A program made the position numbers and the translations under genes. The notes below the pieces were generated by a model that saw nothing but the letters and a program-made list of their open reading frames with translations, had not been told where the DNA came from and did no database searches. A stretch of DNA of 63,032 nt, filler included. It is 16 parts of 16 records of this genome, joined end to end, with 100 filler letters (N's around TTAATTAATTAA, not from the genome) between each part and the next. Parts side by side here need not be neighbours in the genome. Positions count along the whole stretch, not along the records: positions 49,703 to 55,249 come from SRR9188676_2306; positions 55,350 to 57,583 come from SRR9188676_2309; positions 57,684 to 59,695 come from SRR9188676_2313; positions 59,796 to 63,032 come from SRR9188676_2317; 12 more parts are not named here. The stretch is one strand, 5' to 3'. Shown here in pieces: positions 51,090-63,032 of the stretch (position 1 is the first letter of the stretch; each line of letters begins with the position of its first letter).

Positions 51090-53428
51090 AATGATTGTGA
51101 GAGATGCGGTTCGTGTGAAATGACTCTGATACCGAAATTAATGGAGTGAAATAAAGAACCCTCGCAGAAAATTCTCAGTTTGTTGGTTGTATTATTTGAT
51201 TTGACATTCAGGGCACTATCCTTCCGTTCTCACGAAAACAACCTCACTCGCTTGTTGTAGCGCTCAACTTTTTTGGTTCCAGAAGAATCTTTGTTCCTAG
51301 CTGACCTGACAGGCACGTTCGCTATGAACCTCGTTTCCTCTTGTCGTTTCCCCGATGACGAGGCTTTGACTGGTCTTGTATGTTTTCTTTTACAGGATTT
51401 AGCACAGGGGATGCACATTCGAGACAGATCAGAAATAGCACAATGTGACATAAGCAAATAGATTCAATGAAAAAAATGGCAATCTGCCTCGCTGAAAGAT
51501 CGACGGAAGGTTTGTTCGACTATTGGCGTGAGTGGTGTGAGGAGGAAGAGTAAGGAGAATGTGCTTTGATAATTTATAAACATGACTGATATACTCAGAA
51601 AAGAGCTTTCGCACTCATCACATGGCGGTCCAAGAAAGAGCGACTGAGTTAGGAGAAAACACAAATCGCTGGTATTGGTCTCCAATTCTCCCAACTACGG
51701 TCGGGAAGAATATTCAGCTCTTCATAGGGAAGGATTGCCTTTTTTTCTGAACAGAAAGAGATCCCCAGGTAATCATCAGATCTCCTGGAGGATTAATGAT
51801 AGCTCAGAGCGATCGAACTAGTTTTAAGATAAGTTGTCGATAAGATCTCGACAAAAGATGACTAGTGGCAGCTTTTTCCCTGGAGATTGATGATAAGCCA
51901 CAGTGGAGTACATGCGAGAAAAACTATGAAAATTTTCAGTAAACAAACTCATAAATTACCAAGGATTCCAGCGCAATGAAGCAACGGGGAAAAGGGTCAG
52001 GGAAGATGAAATGGGAGTGGGCGAATAAATTGCTGTGTCTTGATGTTACATATTTTGTTGAAAATCAAGAAAACTATATGGAGAGAAAACAAGGATCTTG
52101 TTAAGAACGACACATTTAGCCTGGAACCTAATTTTCGGGGCCAACTTTTAACTTTCCGCTTCTCTTCGAAGTATTTTCTCAGTGAACTCCCAAGTATAGG
52201 TAACTCTTTCTTGTTCTTTGAACGCAACTCTGCTGTATTCTTCTTCATCGTGTGGTGATCTGGCAGTTCTAGGATCGAAAGATGAATAAAAGACATCAGG
52301 AGGGTTGGGGTGATTAATGAATATCTTTCGGCATATGCTCAACCTAGTCACCAGATTGATGATGATGCAGAAGAAGACTCACCGCAATGTATTGTGAAAG
52401 AGCCAGGTACTCATACCAAGCGGGTTACATTGAGTCATGGCCGGGCTGATGATCTGACTGGATGATGGCCGTGATACCAACAATGATGACAAAAACAAGA
52501 TGATCAAAGCACAAAGGACTATATACGATGCCTTCTAGGCGGCCCGTAGCGTTCCCATGCATCCAGAGACACCATATCATGGTGGCATTGTGCGCAGTCC
52601 ATGACTCTACCATTGATTTCGGCATGTTCTGGCTTGCGGTGTACGTCCCTGCACGAGTACACGTAGTCATGCTGCACAGAAGACAGCCAGGGGTCAAGGT
52701 CTAGCGTCACGGGGATGTCATGACCCTCACGAGAAGATGATGAGGATGATGCAGTCGCCTGCTGATTGGGTGCATTAGTGGCTGCCTCGTTGGGGTTTCC
52801 GCGGAGTACTGCGCACATCCCGCCCTCTATAGACCTGCAGAGAAGAGGCAAATACACGAGAGAAAATCCAGCATATAAGCAGCGATCACGGTGAGATTTT
52901 GGATCATATAATACGAGAGTTGAGGGCTTTTTCGAATGCTGTCTTATTCACACTATTATGTGCAAATATGAAAGGCCTGAAAGCAGACGAATATATTCAC
53001 AGAATCACATCGTAGCTGATATCATTCTTGATGGAAACATAGAGCTCATAAACGCATGAATAATCAGAACATATGGATATATTTCAGAGGGTAGTCTAGT
53101 TTTTATCGATACGACGAAGATTGCAGCTAGGATAGACCGAAGGGGAAGGGAAGAGTGAGATAAGTCGTGGAAATGAGCTGGATGAGTGGATCGAATAATG
53201 ATGATTACGGTGATTTGCAAAGCACCGGAATTCGCGCTGGCACAATGCTCTATTCAGATTCAGAACCGTATTTTGTTCTCGTGGAAATGAACAATGAGAA
53301 TGGCATAAGTGAAGGCAAGTTGACAAAGGCGAAGGGACATCAAATTTGGCACAACGTAGCGGAGCGATGCGAGATCACAGACCCGTATTATATCATTCTA
53401 GAATAAAGAATATAAAGGTCACTGGCTC

Positions 53429-54184
53429 TTACCATCCACACTGGCGGCACGTGAGAAGGGGATTCTCGAAATCGTCCATCTCCAGATCGTCAAAGTCTTC
53501 GAGATAAATTGGAAAGCGTTTCAAAACTCGATGCCGATGTGGTGTGTGTCTATGTACAATATTACCCCATTGGAGCATGGTGGCCATAGATGGCAATTGA
53601 TGCACCATCTGATGACCACAACATGTCACTATCGCCTTCCCGCACCCCTTAGGACACCTCAGGCAATGCTGATGTTGCTCCCGTATCAACAGTCCATTTG
53701 TATCATAATATCCAGAAAGAGTCCCACTGACCAATAAAGCACCACAGTTCGAAGTAGGCACAGGTAAAGCGACCTGATCCATCGCATTCCAAGTATATGT
53801 TCGACCATCATGTGATTCCTGGAAGATAACTTGCATTTTGGAGGGCCGATAGCCTGAGCAACGGAATCCGGTTAATTTCCGGTTGCAGTGCCGACACCAT
53901 AGCACAGTTGTTCGCAAATCAAGAAGCAGGTAGATCGCTTTCCATGACAGAGGGATCGGCAGCGGGTCATTCACTTGATCCCACATTCGTAATGCACAGT
54001 CTTTGGATACTCGCTCCGTCAGTGATATATTCCCATCGAAACAGCCAGGGTCATGGAAGAATCGGCAGGTTGCATCGACCGCGAAAAGATCCCGAACAGA
54101 TAAGTGGGAGAGGACAAAACAGAGAACGTCATGTGGCAAATCAAGAAGTACTATTTTTTGTGTCGAAGAGCTAAAGCTGTGCAT
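53429..54184 (-). CDS. F-box protein with a Cys-rich, Yippee-like C-terminal domain
   Basis: F-box LLDLPHDVLCFVLSHLSVRDLFAVDATCRFFH, then WCRHC...FQESHDGRTYTWNAMDQV...HCLRCPKGC. A GTAAG just before the stop may mean a further exon. Confidence 0.75.
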   Translation of the reverse strand: MHSFSSSTQKIVLLDLPHDVLCFVLSHLSVRDLFAVDATCRFFHDPGCFDGNISLTERVSKDCALRMWDQVNDPLPIPLSWKAIYLLLDLRTTVLWCRHCNRKLTGFRCSGYRPSKMQVIFQESHDGRTYTWNAMDQVALPVPTSNCGALLVSGTLSGYYDTNGLLIREQHQHCLRCPKGCGKAIVTCCGHQMVHQLPSMATMLQWGNIVHRHTPHRHRVLKRFPIYLEDFDDLEMDDFENPLLTCRQCGW

Positions 54185-55417
54185 GTGATTTTGAAATGAG
54201 ACAGCCAAAGAAGAAAGAATTCAGGAGGAAGTCTAATCAGGGGACGGGCAAATTTCCAAACTTTGACAGGGGGACGTCCCCTCCAGGGGTACGTCAGGGG
54301 TACGTAACCCCTGTCCCCTCCCTCTGCAGGAGTTTCTCCTGCCCTATGCGTGAGTTTCTTGACATGAAAAGATGCTCTTCTGATACAGTGGTAACAAAGT
54401 TCACCATCATGTGAAAATTGATTGCGGTCGATTTTTTCCTTCTTTCTGCGATCTCCGTTGCTCATGATCATCTCATAATAAGTTTATCCACCCGTTGTTT
54501 CAACTCTTGTTTCACAATATTCCGACGATTTTGGCGTCTATGGCTACATCCTCTGCGTCTTTATGGCTTATTCTGATTCTTACGTTGACTTTGTCATTCT
54601 CTCTGTGGTTTATGTATCTAACAATATGCTCGCAGCAAAGCCAAACTCTCCCCCTTATTGAAGTCAATGAGTTGGTTTGAATTATGACTCTATGTGGACT
54701 GTATATTTTGATCACTGAGGTCTGAGGTGAGGAGATACTCGGAACGCTGAACCAGACTGCAGAATCACTTCTATTCTTTATTGGATGTTCTTGATATCGT
54801 CCCGCAGGCTCGGCTCAGCTCTCATCACCTTATGCTGGGCATCAAGCATCGGCACCACCAGCGCCGCCGAGCGATCTCCGTGGAGAAGGAGTCAGTTACA
54901 AGGGGCACCACCGATGAAATACCGACACAGAGTTTCTCCTGTGCGGAGCCCTGAAACAGTTATTATCCGGGCTGTAATGCGAAGTGATCGTAGCCTAGAC
55001 CAGAGGTCGCTTTACTCGATTCCACGTGCTGTGCAATCCGAATTTTTTGGTGTAGTATGGACGGTCATTGTGCTTATGAGGGCACATCATGTCTTGAAGA
55101 TCCGATGTCTGTGTATGTGTGTGTCTATGAGTGAGTGTGTGCCATTGTTGTCGCTCGTTTCTCTCTGTAAGTGCACCATCTCCTTCCTCATCATTCTCAC
55201 AACACAGTGTTATCATCACAACCAAGGGACAACAACTTTCTTCCACTCANNNNNNNNNNNNNNNNNNNNNNNNNNNNNNNNNNNNNNNNNNNNTTAATTA
55301 ATTAANNNNNNNNNNNNNNNNNNNNNNNNNNNNNNNNNNNNNNNNNNNNTCGCAATTGATTATGCAATGATTTTGGTCATTCTAGCTTATTTTATTTATC
55401 TCTGTATGTGTGCTCAG

Positions 55418-57202
55418 CTGAGTGGTGGCTCGCTGTGACGCATGACTTCTGCCGTGCTGTGCGCAACAAGGAGCTGGACAAGGTTGTGGACAGCCTGCGG
55501 CGTGCGGCGTCGCGCGTGGAGGAGTCCGAGCGGGCGCTGAAGCGGGGCAAGGGCCGAGGCTGGTGGACCGAGGGCGCGGGCCGCTCCAAGTGGATCGAGC
55601 ACACCGACCCTGCCCGCCTCGCCCGCAAGGTTGCACTCGTCGCGCCCACGGACCTCACCGTCACGCTCATCGCCGTGTCCACGCTCACGCTCATCGCCCG
55701 CTACGCCAAGGACCTGGCCAAGTCCGCACACGCCTCCCATGCAGCAGCTTCACACACACATGCACACCCGCATCGCGCATCCATCTCCGGCACTACATCC
55801 ACATCCACATCCACATCCACAGTGTCTGGGACATCTGTGGGGACGCGCGGCAGCGTGAGCAGTGGTGTGCCCGCCGCGTTGCCTGTTGCCCCGGTGCTAG
55901 CTAACTCGTCCTCTGCCCCGCCCTCCGTCGCGCCCATCCCACACACCATCGCACGCTCATCAATCACTGCCTCTTCCATCCTTCCTCAGTACGTCTCATG
56001 CCCCCCCTTACCCCCCTTACCCCTCTTCCTCTCCCCTCAGCCCAGCCCCCCCACCAGGACCTACAGGCTCCCATGCATGCTCTGAAAATTTTGTCGTTTT
56101 GCGTGTCCCCTGTCGCTGTTGTATGTTTTGCGATAGAAAACTCACTGGAATGTATTCTGTGTGTGCAGGCATGGGGGTGACCAGACGAATCTCGAGGGCA
56201 TCTGCGCGGTGCTGGCGACGCTTGAGGAGTGGCGTGAGGAGCTGTGGCACACGTGGCTGAGGCACTGCGCCCGTGCCGCCGCGCTCGCCGACGCCGCCAA
56301 GTCAGCCGCCACGCCCTGCGCCTCGCCAACGTCATGCCCGGCCGCCGCCGCCACTCCTACTGCGCCCGCGACAGCAGCAAGCACAGGCTCGTCGCGCCCG
56401 CCGTCGCGCACGTCCCCGCTTGCACAGTCCCCTGACCTCCGCAAGCTGCCGCGCACGGACTCAAGCTCATCCTTGTCAGCTCAGACAACCCCTCCGAACG
56501 GATTCGAAAACGGATTCCTTCATAAAACAGGTGCGGGGATAGGGGCAGGTGCAGAAGCCGACGACATGCCGGGGCTTAGCAATGCAATGGACACCGTGGC
56601 TGGCCAGAAAATACCCCGGATATTATGTGACACATTCACACCTGGCCAGCCGTCGCGGCATGGCACAGCCACAGCCACAGGGTATGGGTCAGGACCGGGG
56701 GCGACAGTTCCGGACCTCAAGGACCTGGGTCTAGAGCAGCATGAACTGCTAGAGCTCGCCAGCGCATCATCCGGGGGCATAGTGGGCACGCATCTTGGGT
56801 GGGTCGGGTCGCACCCCACGTGGGACATCCCGGGGGGTGCCGAGCTGCTGCAGACGTTCTTCGAGGCGTGTCGCCGCGGTCCCGCCGTGCTGCACATCCC
56901 CACAGTGTACCGCGCACTCAAGGCAGACCTCAAGCGCTTCAGGCTGTGGAACACCCACCTGCCCTGGGAGCGCGACTGGGACAAAGACGCTCGCGACAGG
57001 GCGCGTGATGACAGGAGGGGGGGTAAGAATGGCGTCAAGCTTGCCCCGCTGGACGGGGAGGGCGATGGCACAGGCGCTACCCAGGCTGCCGGTCCGAAAT
57101 CTGACCTGCCAAAACTAGGCGCTTGCTATGATGTGACATCCGACGTGTACTATGCCCCGAACGATCTCATTCGGTCGTTCTGCATGCTGCCCTGCGAGCA
57201 GA
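55418..57202 (+). CDS. Hypothetical protein, two long GC-rich exons, partial
   Basis: AG/GT-bounded exons 55418-55988 and 56169-57202 join in frame; helical blocks separated by S/T/A/P-rich linkers; family not recognised. Confidence 0.65.
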
Positions 57203-57229
57203 GTGCGTCACCACACTGCATCTCCACAC

Positions 57230-57310
57230 TACCCTCAATCACTACACTGCTCTCTATCACTACCCTCAATCACCACACTCCCATCAATCATCACACTACC
57301 CTCAATCTCC
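57230..57310. repeat. Degenerate intronic CACTACCCTCAATCA-like tandem repeat
   Basis: Several imperfect copies directly after the donor at 57203. Confidence 0.6.
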
Positions 57311-57683
57311 CCACTGCCCGAAATATCTCTGCCATTCTCAACACCCCCTCTTCTATCCTCATTAATTCTGTATCCACCCTTGTTTTTCTCTGTGGTTGAT
57401 CTGTGTCAGCCCCACTGCTCTAAATATCCTCGCTAGTCTCAACACCCTCTCTTCTTTGCCATTTCACGATTCACTCTGGTTTTTCATCTTCATTCATTCT
57501 GTATCCACGCTTTTCCCCCGCCTTTTGTCCATTAACGAAAAGCCATAGGGGATGTCGCCAGCTTTTTTAGTTGCCTCCCCCAANNNNNNNNNNNNNNNNN
57601 NNNNNNNNNNNNNNNNNNNNNNNNNNNTTAATTAATTAANNNNNNNNNNNNNNNNNNNNNNNNNNNNNNNNNNNNNNNNNNNN

Positions 57684-59695
57684 GTTGGAGAGAGTCACAG
57701 TGTAGACATCACCACCATAAATACGGTTGACGCCAGAGAGGTCGATAGCCTGGATGGTGTACGAGGCCATGTTGCCAGCAATGAGGTTGGTGGGTCGCAC
57801 CACGGTGGTCAAGGTGGTGTCAGTCTGACCGAGCAGCTTGAGGCTGAAGGTATCGGTGGACTGAGCAGACAAGCTGTTAGAGCTCTCCGTGGAGTTGAGC
57901 TTGGCAACGAGAGTGTACAGCTGTTCGACGTCGTGGCGGATCTGGATACCAGTGCTGATATCGCTGGAGTTGAAGCGCCATTGGTCAAGAGCGATCTTGT
58001 TACCGACGTTGAACACAGCGGCAGTGGGGACGTTGGACAAGAACAGAGTCAGGTACTCGGAACCATCAGTATCAGTGAGGGCAAGAGAAGTGGTGGTCAA
58101 AGTGGTGTAGGCACGGGCAGAGCCAGTGATGAGAGCAGGGTAGTCCAGGGTAGGAGCATCGGGAGAGGCATCGATCTGCATGGCAATAGTGTTCTGCGAG
58201 GAGGCGGTAGAGCCCAAGTTCGTTTCCAGGGCAGTGATCTGGGCAGTGAAAGTGAAGTCAGTGTCGCAGTTCACAGGCGGCTGGAAGGTGATACTGTTCC
58301 TCACGTCAGTGACGAACACATTGGTGGTGGTGCGGTTCAGGTAGTAGTCCGTGGTGGCAGTCAACGTGTTGGTCTTGACCAGAGTGACATCCGAAGAGGT
58401 CAAAGTGGCGGTGGCAGGCACGCTCAACAACATCAAGCGAAGCTGCTCAGAGGCATCAGTATCGACGAGCATGGGAGTGACATGGAAAGTGGCAGCGATA
58501 TCTTCGGTGCTGCTGCCAGAGCGGACAACAGAGGAAGGAGTATCGGCAATGGCCTGGACAACGACACGAGTGCTTCGAGTGGTGGACACAACAGGCACAT
58601 CTTCACCAGAGAGCTCCACAGAGCGAACAGTGGAGGTCAGCACAAAGTCAACATCACAGTTGAAGGCAGGCAAGATGGCGAAAGTAGTGAACACGGCGTC
58701 CGGAGTGAAGCCCTGAGCGGTAGAGGAGGTGACGGTGTACAGAGTACCAACGCGAGCAGAAGCGGTGCTGGTCATACCCAAGAAGGAAGATCCCGTAGGC
58801 ACGTTGCGGACAACAAGAGTACGCAAAGCCTCGGAGAGATCCGTGTCGGCATTGTAGCGAGGAGTCACGCTCATGTACACGGCAGTATCCTCAGAGGTGG
58901 TAGCGGTGGTGCGGACAGCGTACGTGGGCTGGTCGGTGTCCGCACGCAGGGTGATGCTAGCGGAGCGAGAGGTGCTGCTGATGGTGTCCAGGTTGTTGCG
59001 TTCCACAGAGATGATGGTGAACGACATGGTGAAGTCCACATCGCATTGAGTGGTTGGGAGCACAGAGAACTGGGTGATGACGCTGGCGGAGGCGAAGCCG
59101 CTGGTGGCGGAAGAGGTCAGAGTGAACACGCCCAACACATTGTCGAAGGCCTGAGTGGTGGCAGTAGAAGTGCTGGAGAAGGTCACAGGCAGAGGCACGT
59201 TCGTGATAGTCAAGGCACGCAGAGTCTCAGACAAGTCAGAGTCAGTGGTGGCGAAGGAAGGAGTCACAAACAGGCGCACGCTGATGTCCTCAGTGACAGC
59301 CAGGGTGGTGCGGACAGAGAGGAGAGGAGCGTCGGCACGGGCAGTGATCGACACACCAGTGGTCTGAGAGGTGCTGACAGCAAAGTCGCCGCGGTTGGCT
59401 TCGATGCTCTTGAGCACGAAGGACACGGTGAAGTCCACATCGCAGTTGATAGAGGGCAGCACAGACATGGCAATAGCGGTGTCGCGGGCAAAGGCCTGAA
59501 CGGCAGCGGAGGTCAGAGTGAAGCGAGTGCCAGAGAGCGCGGAAGTGGTCAAGGAAAGACCAGACCAGGTCACACCAGTGGGAGTGAAGGCACGCACAGA
59601 GCGCAGGCGCTCAGAGTTATCGGTATCGATGGCAACAGCGGGAGTCACGGGCACGGCAACCTTGAGGTCTTCGGTGGTCAGAGTGGCCACGGTGC
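57684..59695 (-). CDS. Second giant-repeat protein fragment: four CDxDF repeats, one divergent repeat, then the start of a filamin-like Ig domain
   Basis: The whole contig is one ORF with the same TED/DTDxSE/CDxDF unit as 25130-35139, ending LIAGNMASYTIQAIDLSGVNRIYGGDVYTVTLS (filamin-repeat pattern). Confidence 0.88.
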
Positions 59696-59795
59696 NNNNN
59701 NNNNNNNNNNNNNNNNNNNNNNNNNNNNNNNNNNNNNNNTTAATTAATTAANNNNNNNNNNNNNNNNNNNNNNNNNNNNNNNNNNNNNNNNNNNN

Positions 59796-59819
59796 GAGAG
59801 AGAGAGAGAGAGAGAGAGA
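59796..59819. repeat. (GA)n microsatellite at contig start
   Basis: Visible dinucleotide run. Confidence 0.9.
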
Positions 59820-60066
59820 AATTATACGAGGAGAAAGAATAAAGTGATCATTTCAAGGATAATGAAAAAGCAAGTTTTTTGGAGAAAAAAAAATGGGCTT
59901 AGATGTAGGATGAGTATATGGCAATGCGGACAGTAGTGATTCTGAATCATGGTCCGTGAGAGAAAAAGTTGTGCTGATTCCAAATCTTATCACAGCACCA
60001 AATTAACAGAGAAATATGAAAGTAGAAAAAAAGGAAAGAGGATAGAGATGGTCTTTTAGAACTTAC

Positions 60067-60783
60067 GCATGAGAGTCATAAGGTCCGAATCGCTCGCCCA
60101 TGGCACGGATGTAGAAAATTTTATCGCTAAAAGGAAGCGGTTGAAGGATAACGAACCCGACCTGACAGATGGTTGTAACATATCAGAATAAAGCAACGTA
60201 GTAGTAGTTTTATAAGGAGATGAAGCAATTAAAAAGACAAACCTCCAATAAAAAAGAATCCCAAGTCTGCCAGAGCATGGAGGTATAGTTTTTGGCCTCC
60301 TGCGTCTTTAAAAACAATTCATGCTTTTTCCTGAACAGATTCCGATTCGTCAGTCTCTATTAACAGGTAGAATAACGTTATTGCTACCTATGAATCATGC
60401 CAATTGTGATGATGGTTGCGATTGTGGTTGCTGTGATAATGCCATCGAGTCCTCTGGTCAGTGGCGTGCCTTCAAGATCGTTCCGTTGTCTGAGAGGTTC
60501 ATGCAAACATTACGTCAATACTTATATATTGTATATATATAGTCAAATATACCGAAGCTGAACGGCGATCAAGGTCAAAAGAAGACCGATTGTCGCAAAG
60601 ATGGCAGCGATAAGATTTAGTCTGGAAATGTATTGTTGTTGCTTCTTCCTAAAAAACAACGCAGTATCAGCAAGGTTTCATTAAAGAAATGTGAAATACT
60701 CACTTTCGATCAAGAACTTTCGATTCAGCATCTGTGTAATAGCTTTTCGAGATCTTACTCGCCACATCACTGATCTTAGGCAT
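60067..60783 (-). CDS. SK/KCNN-like Ca2+-activated K+ channel, S1-S3 region, 3' partial
   Basis: Six exons from ATG 60783 join in frame: RLNLIAAIFATIGLLLTLIAVQLR...LDGIITATTIATIITIGMIHRKKHELF...FLLE|VGFVILQPLPF, matching SK S1-S3 (LE....IHPxP). Pore not in view. Confidence 0.6.
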
Positions 60784-60989
60784 TCCAAGCTTATCAGAAC
60801 ATTACAAAAGTAGCAGATGCCAAATATATAGATTATAGTGAAATTAAATGCAAAAAGTCCAGTGGAAGATGAGAATTTCGACGAGTTTCGCTACCTACTA
60901 AATATAGCAACTGAACTGGCAGGTTTATTGTCGGGGGCTGTCATTGCCACAAGTCGTAATCTCTCACATCAATCAGAATCGCTTCAGAG

Positions 60990-62796
60990 ATGACAGAAGA
61001 GAAGCCTGTTCTTGATAAATCCTTGTTTGATTCGACGAAACGAGTCGTTTGCCTTCGTGTATCTATCCCTAAGATTGGGGTTCTAATCAAAAAGATCCAA
61101 AAGTTGGCATATATCTCACACAATTTCTCATTGGATCTGCTAATCGCCGGATTTTCTTCAGACATCTGCTTCATCATCCTCGAGTCAAGAATGTGCAGCT
61201 TGATACAGAGAATCCTGATGCGTCATATAAGTTTTTACTGCTTTCGGACAAGATTACTGATCTTGGTATTCTAACGATTGTAAATCATCTACAAAGTGGT
61301 TCTCATTTCCTCTTTTAATAGAATTGACTGAATTACCGGCCGAATTACGACCAGCTGTAACTGAAGCTGAAGCGGTCCCTGAGTTTTATGCTGTGAAAAT
61401 GACATATAATGACTACGGTGCAGGTGTCGCTGTCACAATTTCCCATTTTTCGATCTTTTGCTGATCAAACCTTCTGATTTTAGACGAAGTTCTGAGAAAG
61501 ATCCTTCCTGAAGATGTCGAAATCCCCTCAGCATTCGAAACTATTGGCCATATTGCGCATTTGAATCTGCGCGACAACCATGAGAAATATAAGCCGATCA
61601 TCGCCCAAGTCTTGCTCGATGTATGTCCTCTCCAGGAAACAAAAACCAGGAAAACTTTATTGTCTTACGATGTGTTTGATTTTAGAAAAATCCTTCCTTG
61701 AGAACAATCGTGAATAAGGTGGCCACCATCTCAAATCAATTCCGTGTTTTCCCAATGGAAATTTTGGCGGGAGATGAGTCACTTCATACCGAAGTGGTGA
61801 GTTTTTCGCTTTTTTCTCTCTTTTCTATCTAGAAATCCCTCCTTTTTCCAGCCTCGTCGTTCAAATGAAGGTGCCTTTTAAGCATATCACATCGCTCATG
61901 TCACGTCATAATTGACCATCACAGAAACAATCAGGCTGCCGCTTCGAGCTGGACTATGGCGAAGTATACTGGAACTCTCGCCTGGAGCACGAACATCTTC
62001 GATTAGTGGGACTCTTCAAGCCTGGTGAAGTTATTTGTATGTCTTTTCCTTTTTGTTTCTATATATGTCAGCGAGAAATATCTCAGCAGATGGAGGGATA
62101 CGGACACTCACTCGGATGCTCTCCTGGACTCCTCACAACAATCTCGCCCATCCTAACATGTGTGTGAATTGTAATAAAATCTCTCTGATTTTCGTTGAGT
62201 ATCAGTGTCCGGGTCTCAGCTTTGAAACCTCAACGCCAAAAATTTCATGCTTTCTGATTGCTACGAGGAGAACATACATTTTTTTTCCTTCTCGGTGGAC
62301 AAATTGAAAAAATTGAACCCAGTCGATTTCCCCCCAAGAGATCCACTACGAATTAGAGATCGGCGATTCGCGTGGAATTCATCATTTCAATGTTCGCGGC
62401 GAGAAATCCGAGAATTTTTTTTTCAAAACCAGTTTTCCTGTCTGATTGATGTTTATGAGAGTCAAACTGCAGGCAATCGCGATGACACTTTGGAATCTTC
62501 TCACTAAACCTGGTTCATATCTAACACATGCTTTCCAAGCCAATTTACAAGGACGAGTGACATTTCTTTCATGGGTCAAGAAAAGCCCTGATTTTTCCTT
62601 TCTTTTCTCTGCTTTCATTTCTATTCCTACGTGATCCAACTTCTCTACGTCCCGTGTAACACACCATTCAGGCGATATGATGTGTGGAGTCGGGCCGTTT
62701 GCAATGCCAGCTGGCAAGAAAAAGTGCAATGTATATGCCAATGATCTGAACCCGTGTTGCTTCAAGTATATCCAACGCAATATTAAGCTCAATCAG
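60990..62796 (+). CDS. TRM5: tRNA (guanine37-N1)-methyltransferase, 3' partial
   Basis: [16 protein letters not shown]...[17 protein letters not shown]...[11 protein letters not shown]...[11 protein letters not shown]...[14 protein letters not shown]...VYANDLNP. Confidence 0.95.
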
Positions 62797-63032
62797 GTCT
62801 GTCTCTTGTCTGTACATGTACTTGTATATATATATATTTTGTACTTGTGTGTATGGGTGGGAAGGAAATGATAGTGAGAGACTAGTCGCTCCAATATGAA
62901 GCTCACTCAGGTTGCATGTGTGTGCAGGTGTAGAGGAAGGAAGAGTGAGACTGTTGTGATAATAGTCTATCCAACGCAATATCATTCTCAATTATATGTA
63001 TCTAAAGGTCTCACTTCATGTGTGTATATGTC

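Noticed and set aside
57933-59747. 604-aa plus-strand ORF overlapping the repeat gene
   Set aside because: Codon-aligned antisense shadow. The sense gene avoids TTA/CTA/TCA, which removes stops on the other strand; no domain features.

Overview
Eukaryotic (protist-like) genomic DNA, not one locus. It consists of 16 unrelated contigs joined by 15 artificial 100-nt linkers (N44-TTAATTAATTAA-N44). Genes are intron-dense (GT-AG, mostly short introns), use the standard code, and often sit head-to-head about 150-330 bp apart. Recognisable, mostly partial genes: TTLL11-like tubulin glutamylase, tandem tetraspanin-like protein, ABCG transporter, ARP5, CaMK-type kinase, THOC3, a 15-finger C2H2 protein, TmcB/C-like protein, Bax inhibitor-1, a possible KNL1 C-terminus, PIG-M, an F-box protein, an SK-type K+ channel and TRM5. 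Highlights: (1) a >10-kb exon encoding at least 25 tandem ~128-aa repeats resembling the DTDGSE-type Ig/cadherin-like repeats of bacterial giant adhesins, plus a related fragment on another contig where these repeats run into a filamin-like domain; (2) a six-exon, apparently mitochondrion-targeted short-chain rubrerythrin homologue lacking 5 of 7 di-iron ligands; (3) an INCENP-like N-terminus followed by a chromodomain; (4) an F-box fused to a Yippee-like domain; (5) decayed copies of exon ends inside introns, and MITE-like elements. All family assignments are by-eye motif recognition; no database searches were run.
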